Below are positions 27,179 through 34,812 of a stretch of 54,023 nt of DNA, piece by piece. The DNA comes from a virus (Duplodnaviria > Caudoviricetes), in IMG/VR virus record IMGVR_UViG_3300037478_000666, positions 1 through 54,023 of that record; one strand, 5' to 3'. A program made the translations under genes and the position numbers. Below the pieces are notes generated by a model, which saw nothing but the letters and a program-made list of their open reading frames with translations, was not told the origin of the DNA and searched no databases. Every line of letters begins with the position of its first letter. Within the stretch, counting starts at the first letter, position 1.

Positions 27179-27412
27179 ATGACAACGGACGCTCAGGTCG
27201 CAGACGCGACGATCGGACGGTGCGTCCGCATCGCGCGCGAGTGGGCCGGAATGACGCAGGCGGACCTGGCCGGCCGGCTCGGGTGGGCGCGGACAACGGT
27301 CGCGGCCGTCGAGGCTGGCCGCCGCGCCGTGCTGGCTCGCGAGCTGGTCCTGCTTGCGCGAACCCTCGGGGCCTCCGTCCGGGAGCTGCTTGGCGAGACG
27401 CAGCCGCGGTAG
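27179..27412 (+). CDS. Xre/Cro-family HTH transcriptional regulator
   Basis: IGRCVRIAREWAGMTQADLAGRLGWARTTVAAVEAGRR. Confidence 0.9.
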   Translation: MTTDAQVADATIGRCVRIAREWAGMTQADLAGRLGWARTTVAAVEAGRRAVLARELVLLARTLGASVRELLGETQPR

Positions 27413-27838
27413 CTACCTCCGGATCGCCGTGAAGGCCCCGGTAAACGATGATGTCTGTCCGATCAAAGTCCACGATCCAGTGATGGTTCCGCCGTTCAGC
27501 GTCCCGGCGTGGTGGTACCTCGAATCATCGAGATCGAAGAGGATGTCGCGACCCTCGGTTACCCGCGCGTTGACGATTGAGCCAGCGTAGCTCGATGGCG
27601 GCAGGCCCCCGCCACTCAGCGTCGTAGTGTACGTACCCGTGAATTCCTGCGTTTCTCGCGAGTCGTCCACGATCGTGAGCGTGCCGGTGAAGGCTGCGGC
27701 GGGAAGGTCGTGGACGGAGCCGGAGTAATCGTAGATTCCGGCGATAAGCGGGAACCTTTCCTCTGGGCCCGTGGAGTCGCCACAGGCGACCGCAACCATC
27801 GCTACGAGCGCCATCGTGAATGCTGTGCTACGTCGCAT
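27413..27838 (-). CDS. Lipoprotein
   Basis: GGAGG RBS; MRRSTAFTMALVAMVAVA-C lipobox; beta-rich mature part. Confidence 0.8.
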   Translation of the reverse strand: MRRSTAFTMALVAMVAVACGDSTGPEERFPLIAGIYDYSGSVHDLPAAAFTGTLTIVDDSRETQEFTGTYTTTLSGGGLPPSSYAGSIVNARVTEGRDILFDLDDSRYHHAGTLNGGTITGSWTLIGQTSSFTGAFTAIRR

Positions 27839-27861
27839 AACTACCTCCGGGAGTGAGTACG

Positions 27862-28161
27862 TCAGGGCTCTGTCACAACGAACCGCCCGTCACGTTCTAC
27901 GCACGCGAAGTCGTACTCGCGCCACGTTGCCGTCCGGCCGTCGATGCCATTGGACCGGCCGTGCAACACCCAGCCGGAATCGGTCCGCTCGACCGCAGAT
28001 GGACGCCGCGCGGTGTTCGGTGGCGGGCCAAGCTGGGCGACGCACGCGGCCCACTGTCCATGCCAGGGCTGCCGCTCGAACGCATACTGGCGCCGCCACA
28101 CAAACGCGCCGAGCACGAGGCCCGCGAGTAGCGCCAGCGCCATGGGCTTCGCGTCACGCAC
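27862..28161 (-). CDS. Membrane-anchored hypothetical protein
   Basis: MALALLAGLVLGAFVW TM; two Cys in the exported part. Confidence 0.55.
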   Translation of the reverse strand: MRDAKPMALALLAGLVLGAFVWRRQYAFERQPWHGQWAACVAQLGPPPNTARRPSAVERTDSGWVLHGRSNGIDGRTATWREYDFACVERDGRFVVTEP

Positions 28162-28276
28162 TATGTCGCTCTCTGGCCGGATTCATAGGCCGTCGCTATC
28201 GTGTGCAACCCCGTGACAGCCGGCGCACGGATGCGCCGTCCCCATGATCCACCATCGCCATTGCGTGAGGTCGCGC

Positions 28277-28597
28277 ATGGACAATCCCCTGGGCCGGGGC
28301 GTCTACACGTGCCCCTTCCGTTCATCTGACGGACACGAGCTGCTGATTGCGATCGACCACGATCACCGGTTGATCGGGCCACCCGTGCGCGTGTTCCCGC
28401 GCGACGATCGCCGGGATGTCATTCGGATGGTCCGCCGCCTTCTGGATCAGTTCGACCCTCCCCGTCCGTGCGACCGAATCCGGTCGCCCCCGGCGGCTCC
28501 TGTGAGTCGATTTCGTGCACGATCGCCGCGAGCCGATCGTACGCGCTCGCCTTCAGTGCCCGTTCCGCGGCCCTCGCGTCACCTTCCGGCCCCTTGA
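28277..28597 (+). CDS. Hypothetical protein convergently overlapping the repressor
   Basis: GAGG RBS; protein-like N-terminus GVYTCPFRSSDGHELLIAID. Confidence 0.5.
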   Translation: MDNPLGRGVYTCPFRSSDGHELLIAIDHDHRLIGPPVRVFPRDDRRDVIRMVRRLLDQFDPPRPCDRIRSPPAAPVSRFRARSPRADRTRSPSVPVPRPSRHLPAP

Positions 28598-28835
28598 CGA
28601 TCCAGTCGATCGAGTACCCGGTGACATCTGATAGCAGCCGGAGGAATTCCCACTTCGGCTGCCGTTGCCCGGACTCGTAGCGTTGAATACTGGATCCGCT
28701 TAACCCCTCCGCATCGAGTCCGTGCGTGAGGTGGTCCGCCAGGAGCACCGCGAGCCTGGCGTGAGAGGACGCACCCAAAATGTTTTCGCGCAGGTACTTA
28801 AGCCTGCCGCTAAACGTCGCGAGATCGTCGTCCAT
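28419..28835 (-). CDS. CI-like HTH repressor (no S24 peptidase domain)
   Basis: FSGRLKYLRE...SIQRYESGQRQPKWEFLRLLSDVTGYSIDWIVKG; divergent from the early operon. Confidence 0.85.
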   Translation of the reverse strand: MDDDLATFSGRLKYLRENILGASSHARLAVLLADHLTHGLDAEGLSGSSIQRYESGQRQPKWEFLRLLSDVTGYSIDWIVKGPEGDARAAERALKASAYDRLAAIVHEIDSQEPPGATGFGRTDGEGRTDPEGGGPSE

Positions 28836-28845
28836 TCCCGCTCGA

Positions 28846-28901
28846 ACTCCAAAGGACTTGACATTCACCCCGAACGGGGTCATCGTAACCCCGAACGGGG
28901 C
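28846..28901. promoter_or_regulatory. Three operator copies at 21-bp spacing plus rightward promoter TTGACA-N17-CATCGT
   Basis: ACCCCGAACGGGGT (28867), ACCCCGAACGGGGC (28888), degenerate ACTCCAAAGGACTT (28846); TTGACA at 28858. Confidence 0.8.
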
Positions 28902-28918
28902 GAGGCAGTCACCGTCTG

Positions 28919-29176
28919 ATGTCGCCCCAACCCCAACCGCTGATGGTAGCCATGCCGGAGATCGAAGGCAACAAGGTCGAATCCCTGTGGACGGAGGAAG
29001 AGGTTGCCGCCTATCTGCGCGTGCAGCCCAGCACCGTCCGGACGTGGGTGAAGTCTGGGAAGATTCCATTCGTCAAGGCCGGCAGCCTGAACCGCTTCCG
29101 CCGCTCAGAGATCGAGGAATGGGTAGTCATCGGACGGCAGCCGGAAGAGGAAGCCGTCTCCGACCCGGCCGCATGA
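28919..29176 (+). CDS. Excisionase-like HTH_17 DNA-binding protein (Cro position)
   Basis: LWTEEEVAAYLRVQPSTVRTWVKSGKIPFVKAGSLNRFRRSEIEEW; true start could be 28943 or 28952. Confidence 0.85.
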   Translation: MSPQPQPLMVAMPEIEGNKVESLWTEEEVAAYLRVQPSTVRTWVKSGKIPFVKAGSLNRFRRSEIEEWVVIGRQPEEEAVSDPAA

Positions 29177-29261
29177 TGCACATCCTCCGGTTCCTCCTCG
29201 CGTGGCGCTCCCGGCCGATCGTCCGTCACCGGCTGGCGCGGATCGCCGTGGGGCTGCAGCC

Positions 29262-29510
29262 ATGAGCCTCGCCACCGAACGCCGCGGCCGCACAGCCGCC
29301 GAGATCGTGCGCAACGACAAGCTGCTGGATGTCGCGATCTGCGAAGGCTGCGGCTTCAACCCGGCGCAGTACTGGACATACGGGACGGACCGGCCGTCGG
29401 CGTTTCTCTGCGAGGGCTGCGTGGCCAGCGCCTTCGGTACGGCCGGGATCGATGCGATCGCGGACGCACTGGAGCGAACACGGTCGGGCGGCCGAGCGGT
29501 GTCGTTGTGA
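29262..29510 (+). CDS. Small Zn-binding protein (CEGC x2)
   Basis: ATGA-coupled; two CxxC motifs. Confidence 0.6.
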   Translation: MSLATERRGRTAAEIVRNDKLLDVAICEGCGFNPAQYWTYGTDRPSAFLCEGCVASAFGTAGIDAIADALERTRSGGRAVSL

Positions 29511-29698
29511 CGACGCCCTGCGTTCACCCGATCGCCGACCAGCAGATCGTAGGCTCGATCATCCAGCCGCGATATCGCAGGCCTGGCCTGCATGTAACCG
29601 CCGTCACACTGCGGTGTCGCGAGTGCGGCGAGCACACGACAGTCACGCTTCCGTGGCCACTGCTCGCGGAAGGAATCGCAACCCGTGATCCAGGCTGA
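29507..29698 (+). CDS. Small hypothetical protein (CRECG)
   Basis: GTGA-coupled; 63 aa. Confidence 0.5.
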   Translation: MTTPCVHPIADQQIVGSIIQPRYRRPGLHVTAVTLRCRECGEHTTVTLPWPLLAEGIATRDPG

Positions 29699-29909
29699 CA
29701 TCCGGCAGGCGTCTGAGGCTGCCTTGCGCGTTCGACTGCACGAGCTGACCGAGATCGAGCACGGTCTCGAGGCCGAGGAGAATCGACAGACGGCGCGCGG
29801 GGACGACCATGAAGCGGCGGCGCTGGCGGACGTGCGCGAAGCAGAAGTCGGGCTGGAGCGGGCGGCGATTCACAGAGAGTTGCACGAGAGAGGGTGTTCC
29901 TGTGGCTGA
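29685..29909 (+). CDS. Small coiled-coil protein
   Basis: AAGGA RBS; 74 aa. Confidence 0.55.
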   Translation: MIQADIRQASEAALRVRLHELTEIEHGLEAEENRQTARGDDHEAAALADVREAEVGLERAAIHRELHERGCSCG

Positions 29910-30537
29910 TATACCTGCGGGCCTGTGTCAGTGCGGTTGCGGCGAAAGCACCATGCGTTGCCTGAGCGGCAATACGCGGCTTGGCCTCGTGAAGGGCGGG
30001 TACTATCGCTTTCGTCGCGGTCACGGCACTCGCGTTCAGGAGCGAGGCAATTGTTGGAAGGGCGGCCGGAACGTGACCGCTTACGGCTACGTCCGAATAT
30101 GGCAGCCGGGGCATCACCGGGCGGTTCATGGCTACGTGATGGAGCACATCCTGATCGCAGAAAAAGCACTGGGCCGACCGTTGGCGGGCGAGGAAGAGGT
30201 TCACCACGTAAACAGGATCAAGAAGGATAATCGGCCGGGCAATCTCGTGATCTGCCCCGACCGGGCCTATCACATGTTGCTGCATCTACGGATGCGCGCG
30301 AAGAAGGGATGCGGCAACCCGTCGTGGCTCCGCTGCCCGTACTGCAAGCAGTGGGACGATCCGAGTCGGATGTACGTTCGCCCCTGCGGCAACCAGGGAT
30401 TCCACCGGACGTGCCACAACCGATACGACAAGCGTCGCCGTGCAACAACGCAGCTTGAGCGCTGCGCGATTCGCCGCGAGTTGCACGCGCGGGTTGCGGT
30501 GGTTGCTGCGGCGAAACACGGAGGCGGTAAGCGATGA
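29902..30537 (+). CDS. HNH homing endonuclease
   Basis: CQCGCG; WKGGR..GYVRI; YVMEHILIAEKALGRPL..EEVHHVNRIKKDNRPGNL. Confidence 0.9.
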   Translation: MADIPAGLCQCGCGESTMRCLSGNTRLGLVKGGYYRFRRGHGTRVQERGNCWKGGRNVTAYGYVRIWQPGHHRAVHGYVMEHILIAEKALGRPLAGEEEVHHVNRIKKDNRPGNLVICPDRAYHMLLHLRMRAKKGCGNPSWLRCPYCKQWDDPSRMYVRPCGNQGFHRTCHNRYDKRRRATTQLERCAIRRELHARVAVVAAAKHGGGKR

Positions 30538-31238
30538 CGCCGTACTACGAGGACGGATCGGTCACGCTGTACCACGGGGACATGCTTAATTTCGGCGCAG
30601 TCGTTCCGTCTGATATATTTGTCACGGACCCGCCATACTCTCGGGCCGGTGGGCTGCACACGGGCCGGCAATCGAGTTCTGGGATGGCGGGCGACGCCGT
30701 CCAATCCGATCAATTCTGGCTGCATTGGTTCCGCGATGCGGCTCGTGTTCTCGCCTCATTTACGAAGCCAACCGGCTGCGGGTTTGTATTCTGCGACTAC
30801 CGCACGGTCCATCTCGTTGAGCGCGCGTTTGCTGGTTGCGCGGGTTGGTATGTCGGCCAATGTCTAGTTTGGGATCGTGAGGCGACCGGCATGGGGAGCC
30901 CGTTCCGCGCATCTCACGAAATGATTGCGTTCGTTAGGGGGCCTAATTTTCAATGGGCCGGACCGAGGAATGTCCGAAATGTTCTGAGGTGCCGCTGGCC
31001 GTACAATGAAACGCCCCACCATCCGGCCGAGAAGCCCGTCGCCCTGATAAGTCGTCTGATCGAGTTGACTTTGCCTCTCGGTGGTCGAGTCTTCGACCCA
31101 TTCGCGGGCGGCGGTTCAACGCTCGTGGCCGCTCGCAACATCGGCCGCAAAGCCATCGGCATCGAGATTGACGAGCACTACTGCGATGTCGTGCGCCGCC
31201 GTTGCTCGCAGGAAGTCCTACCACTGGAGGCGTCATGA
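30534..31238 (+). CDS. DNA methyltransferase (N6-A/N4-C, beta class)
   Basis: TDPPY, HPAEKP, FDPFAGGGST, GIEID. Confidence 0.92.
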   Translation: MTPYYEDGSVTLYHGDMLNFGAVVPSDIFVTDPPYSRAGGLHTGRQSSSGMAGDAVQSDQFWLHWFRDAARVLASFTKPTGCGFVFCDYRTVHLVERAFAGCAGWYVGQCLVWDREATGMGSPFRASHEMIAFVRGPNFQWAGPRNVRNVLRCRWPYNETPHHPAEKPVALISRLIELTLPLGGRVFDPFAGGGSTLVAARNIGRKAIGIEIDEHYCDVVRRRCSQEVLPLEAS

Positions 31239-31561
31239 CACCCGCAGCCATTGCCATCGCCAGCGGAGCCGTAGTGCTGATAGTCGTCGTGGCCGTGCGT
31301 GCGGTACGCGGTGCTCTGGACGCTGACAAGCCGCTGGTGCCGCCGCTGACGGACGCGGAGCGGGAAGCCGAGGGCCGCGAGAACGGACTGCAGCTGCGGT
31401 ACGCGCACGGCGAGCACGGTGTGCGTGTGGACTGGATCCGCGCGCTGCGCGAGGAGCGTGCACAGACGGACGCGTTGATCGTTGCGCTCGAGCAGGAAGA
31501 GTTCGCCGAGCGTCGCAAGCGCTGGGCAGCGCCGCGGCCGCGCGGGTGGATGGCGTCATGA
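31235..31561 (+). CDS. Membrane-anchored hypothetical protein
   Basis: GGAGG RBS; N-terminal TM. Confidence 0.6.
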   Translation: MTPAAIAIASGAVVLIVVVAVRAVRGALDADKPLVPPLTDAEREAEGRENGLQLRYAHGEHGVRVDWIRALREERAQTDALIVALEQEEFAERRKRWAAPRPRGWMAS

Positions 31562-31830
31562 ACCGCAGCGCGAACTTCATCATCGTCGAATCGCACCGGT
31601 TTCTCCCGGCGCTGCTCATCCGCGATGTCGGGCCGTGGACGCACTACCTGACCGTGACCAACGCGGCGGAGATCGTCGTCGCCGAGCTCGTCACACAGGG
31701 CGCGCTCAAGCCGAACGGGCAGCGCTTGCTGTACGTCGACTCGGCCGGTGAGCTCGACGAGATCCTTGTGAGCGATGGCCGGTTCGCCGGCTTCCGCCAC
31801 CTGAGCGCAGCGGAGCGGTTGCATCCATGA
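31558..31830 (+). CDS. Phage hypothetical protein
   Basis: TVTNAAEIVV..RLLYVDSAGELDEI..GRFAGF pattern; ATGA-coupled. Confidence 0.7.
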   Translation: MNRSANFIIVESHRFLPALLIRDVGPWTHYLTVTNAAEIVVAELVTQGALKPNGQRLLYVDSAGELDEILVSDGRFAGFRHLSAAERLHP

Positions 31831-32075
31831 CGCCCACCGCCGTCTGCCTGCTCGTTGCCGGCTCGTGCGCGCTGATGCTCGTGGTCGACACGATGCGCAT
31901 GCGGGCCGAGCGACGGGAGCGACGGTTGGACGATGCGCTTGACGTGCTGGTGACATACGTCGGCGGCCGGATCGCGGCGGACCGGGCGGAAGCGATCGAG
32001 CGGATGGCGCAGCAGTTGACGCGCGAAGGAATCGAGATCATGGGTCGCGAGCGAACGGAGGGACCGCATGGCTGA
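31827..32075 (+). CDS. Small membrane-anchored hypothetical protein
   Basis: ATGA-coupled; hydrophobic N-terminus. Confidence 0.55.
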   Translation: MTPTAVCLLVAGSCALMLVVDTMRMRAERRERRLDDALDVLVTYVGGRIAADRAEAIERMAQQLTREGIEIMGRERTEGPHG

Positions 32076-32250
32076 CGGATTCGAACCCGACATCGTGATC
32101 GACGGCGGAGAGCGCGCCCGCGAACTGTGGCGGAGGCCGCGCGTGGAACTGGAGGCGATGACGCGGCCGTGGCTCGCGTATCCGCCAGCTCACCGGCTGA
32201 GCAAGGCGGACCTCGTGCGCGAGATCCTGGACTGGGAGCGCGGGCGATGA
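32068..32250 (+). CDS. Small hypothetical protein
   Basis: GGAGGG RBS; 60 aa. Confidence 0.55.
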   Translation: MADGFEPDIVIDGGERARELWRRPRVELEAMTRPWLAYPPAHRLSKADLVREILDWERGR

Positions 32251-32308
32251 AGAAGGACGATCCGAACGAGAGAGAGCGGCGCACGCTCGGAAAGAGTATC
32301 CGCGCTCT

Positions 32309-32539
32309 GTGGGATGCGATTGCGAAGTCAACGAGATCCACCGCGCCATCGGTGCGGACGCGTGCGACATGGTCAACCTGCGGGACGGGAGAATCATGAT
32401 CGTGGACGATCTCGGACACCCGAAAGAACTGCCGGTCAACGTCGAGGCGACTGTGCTCTACCACTCCGTGTGTCGGCCCGGCACGACGCATGAGATCCGC
32501 GGAGATGTGGCTGTAACGCTCGATGAGAACTTCGCGTGA
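32309..32539 (+). CDS. DUF3846-like protein, apparently N-terminally truncated
   Basis: IGADACDMVNLRDGRIMIVDDLG..LPVNVEAT..IRGDVAV. Confidence 0.5.
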   Translation: MGCDCEVNEIHRAIGADACDMVNLRDGRIMIVDDLGHPKELPVNVEATVLYHSVCRPGTTHEIRGDVAVTLDENFA

Positions 32540-32688
32540 TGACCGGGCCGCGGGCACCGTGGCTGCGCGTGCAGCCGGATCCGGGACTCACACTGCTCGT
32601 CGGCGTGTTGATCGGCGCGGTGGCGATGCTGATCGTCGGCGTCGTCGTGATCGCGGCAATGACGGCGGCGCTGGCGGTGGGCGGATGA
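32539..32688 (+). CDS. 49-aa membrane peptide
   Basis: MTGPRAPWLRVQPDPGLTLLVGVLIGAVAMLIVGVVVIAAMTAALAVGG; coupled on both sides. Confidence 0.55.
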   Translation: MTGPRAPWLRVQPDPGLTLLVGVLIGAVAMLIVGVVVIAAMTAALAVGG

Positions 32689-32819
32689 GCGCGCTGAACG
32701 GTCGGAGCGAACAAGAGCGCGGGTTGGACGCGCTCCGGAAGTGGGCGATCGCGGGCATCGTGGTGGCCATGGTCGGCGTGGTGCTGCTGCGGTTCGCGGC
32801 CGAAAGGGTGGTGGAGTGA
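32685..32819 (+). CDS. 44-aa membrane peptide
   Basis: ATGA-coupled; WAIAGIVVAMVGVVLL. Confidence 0.5.
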   Translation: MSALNGRSEQERGLDALRKWAIAGIVVAMVGVVLLRFAAERVVE

Positions 32820-32826
32820 AGTGGGT

Positions 32827-33029
32827 CTGTCCCGCGTCCGTGCGTGGCGTGGTCTACTCCTTATCGGTGGATCGGGGGATCTCCGGTAGCGCGGGCGCGG
32901 GGCAGGAGTCTGGTGAGTGCACGAGCGCGGTCACGACAGCGGGTCGTGGCCCGGTGGGGGCTCTTGTACGACCGGCCGGATGTGTGGGAAGCCAGAACGG
33001 GGGACGCTGGCCGCCGTGCACTCACCGAC
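32827..33029 (+). ncRNA. Candidate structured RNA (two multi-stem domains)
   Basis: 17-bp stem 32827-43/32889-905 with three G-U pairs; perfect 12-bp stem 32912-23/33015-26 enclosing further hairpins. Confidence 0.45.
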
Positions 33030-33051
33030 CTTTGAGAGCGGGAGATCGACG

Positions 33052-33309
33052 ATGACGGGCAAGAACGAGGAAACCGCGACGATCGAGGAGCTGCACGCCG
33101 ACGTGCAGGCGAGGCGCGCGGAGCTGGAGGACGCGATCGAGCGTGAGAGGGACGCCGGACGTGAGGCAACGGCGGCGCGGAAGCGATTCAACGAGGCCGC
33201 TCGTCGATTCGATGACAAGGTGGCCGAGATCCGGAGCGGCGCACCGTGGGATACGGACTGGAGCCGTGGCGGCCGGCCGATGATCGCCGACCGTGCGACA
33301 GCAGGATGA
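33052..33309 (+). CDS. Coiled-coil hypothetical protein
   Basis: GGGAG RBS; 85 aa. Confidence 0.65.
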   Translation: MTGKNEETATIEELHADVQARRAELEDAIERERDAGREATAARKRFNEAARRFDDKVAEIRSGAPWDTDWSRGGRPMIADRATAG

Positions 33310-33474
33310 CAGCGCGCCGCCACCGGCGGTAACCGATGACGGCGCAAGAACGCGAACTCAGGTCACGAAAGGTAGGCAGACGATGAGGCGAAACGCAAGA
33401 AGGGTGTGGATCCTGGTCTTCAGGAGCCCGCGCACGCAGCAGATCCGGGGCGGGTTCACCGCCGGGAGGACGGC

Positions 33475-34812
33475 ATGACGAACGGCACAGCGGTGGCCCG
33501 CCAGGACGTACAGCAGCCTCCGACAGATGCGGAGATCGAGCAGATCCGCAAGCGCGGAACGGCCCTCGTCGCGCACCGCAAGGAGATCGCGAAGCTCGAC
33601 GCGCAGATCTCCGGGCTCACCTGGGGATCGGGCAGTCAGACGGTGCAGGGCGCATCGTTCTCACCCATGACGCGCGCAGTCCTCGCGGAATTCTGCGCGA
33701 TCACTCGCGCGAACCCGCTCTATCACGTGGACATTTTGGGCGGCCGGCCGTATCTGAACAGCAACTACTGGTCGGATCTGATCAACACCCGGCCTGACTT
33801 CCATCATTTCGAGCAGCGCGACCTGTCGCCGTCCGTCGAGCAGGCGATGCGCGGCCGGGCGGCGAAGCACCGCGAACTCGCTGCGTCACTCGAAGGTCCG
33901 GAGCAGGCGCAGCGTATCGCGAAGGCGCTCGACCTCGAGGAGGACGCGGACGATCTCGCGCTCGCCCGGGCGCAGTGGAGCGCGCCGGAATGGGCGACAG
34001 TCGTGATCCAGACAACGATCTGGAAGTTCATCGACGCGGCTCCACTCGAAGCGATTCGGTCCGGCGAGATCACGGATATCGACCGATACCTGGTCGCAGT
34101 GCCGGAGTGCAACTGGGCAGGCAACAAGCCGCCGGCGAAGAAGAGAGACGGCGGCACCTACGAGGCCGATCCGATCGGCAATGCGGAGCCGGCAAAGACG
34201 GCACGGACCCGGTCGCTGCGGCGGGCCGCCGTGAAGTCGTTCAGCGCGTGGATGCAGCAGTACGACCGGCAGATCGCGAAAGCGGAACAGGCGATCGAGG
34301 CCGAGTACACTGTCATTCGTGAGGATCGTGCCGAGCAGCGGCAGATCGCCAACGGCCAGGCTGTGCAGTCCGGCGGGGGTGAGCCGCAAGCGGCGGCTTC
34401 GAACGGTGCGAAGTCCCTGCCGACAGAGGACGCTACGGCCACTCCGGCAGCTCCGCCGTCCGACGCGTCCGACGCCCGGAAAGCGTACTTCGCGACGCTG
34501 CGTGACGCGGGCATCGAGAAGGACTCGGCCCGCAAGAAGTGGCAGGTGGACCAGGGCCTGGGGGAGTCCACGAAGCAGTGGGGCGCGGCCGAATACGGCA
34601 AGGCGATGGACGCGTTGCTCGAGCCGGCGCGGACGAAGGTGCGCGACGGCGTCGAGCTGACGGGCGGCGGCCAGCTCGACCAGATGGCGTTCAAGCTCTA
34701 CGACTGCTCGTTCCGCGAGCTGACGCTGAAGCAGCTGAACGAGTGGGCCGCGGGCATCAGCGCGCAGCTTGACGGCGCGACGGACGAAGACGGTCAGAAG
34801 CGGCTGGTGTGA
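33475..34812 (+). CDS. Putative RecT/Red-beta-like single-strand annealing protein
   Basis: GGAGGA RBS; ANPLYHVDILGGRPYL and EPAKTARTRSLRRAAVKSF resemble SSAP motifs; directly upstream of sbcD-sbcC. Confidence 0.55.
   Translation: MTNGTAVARQDVQQPPTDAEIEQIRKRGTALVAHRKEIAKLDAQISGLTWGSGSQTVQGASFSPMTRAVLAEFCAITRANPLYHVDILGGRPYLNSNYWSDLINTRPDFHHFEQRDLSPSVEQAMRGRAAKHRELAASLEGPEQAQRIAKALDLEEDADDLALARAQWSAPEWATVVIQTTIWKFIDAAPLEAIRSGEITDIDRYLVAVPECNWAGNKPPAKKRDGGTYEADPIGNAEPAKTARTRSLRRAAVKSFSAWMQQYDRQIAKAEQAIEAEYTVIREDRAEQRQIANGQAVQSGGGEPQAAASNGAKSLPTEDATATPAAPPSDASDARKAYFATLRDAGIEKDSARKKWQVDQGLGESTKQWGAAEYGKAMDALLEPARTKVRDGVELTGGGQLDQMAFKLYDCSFRELTLKQLNEWAAGISAQLDGATDEDGQKRLV

Noticed and set aside
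33375-33400. GATGAG..CGAAAC as a hammerhead ribozyme core
   Set aside because: Lacks the CUGA core and supporting stems.
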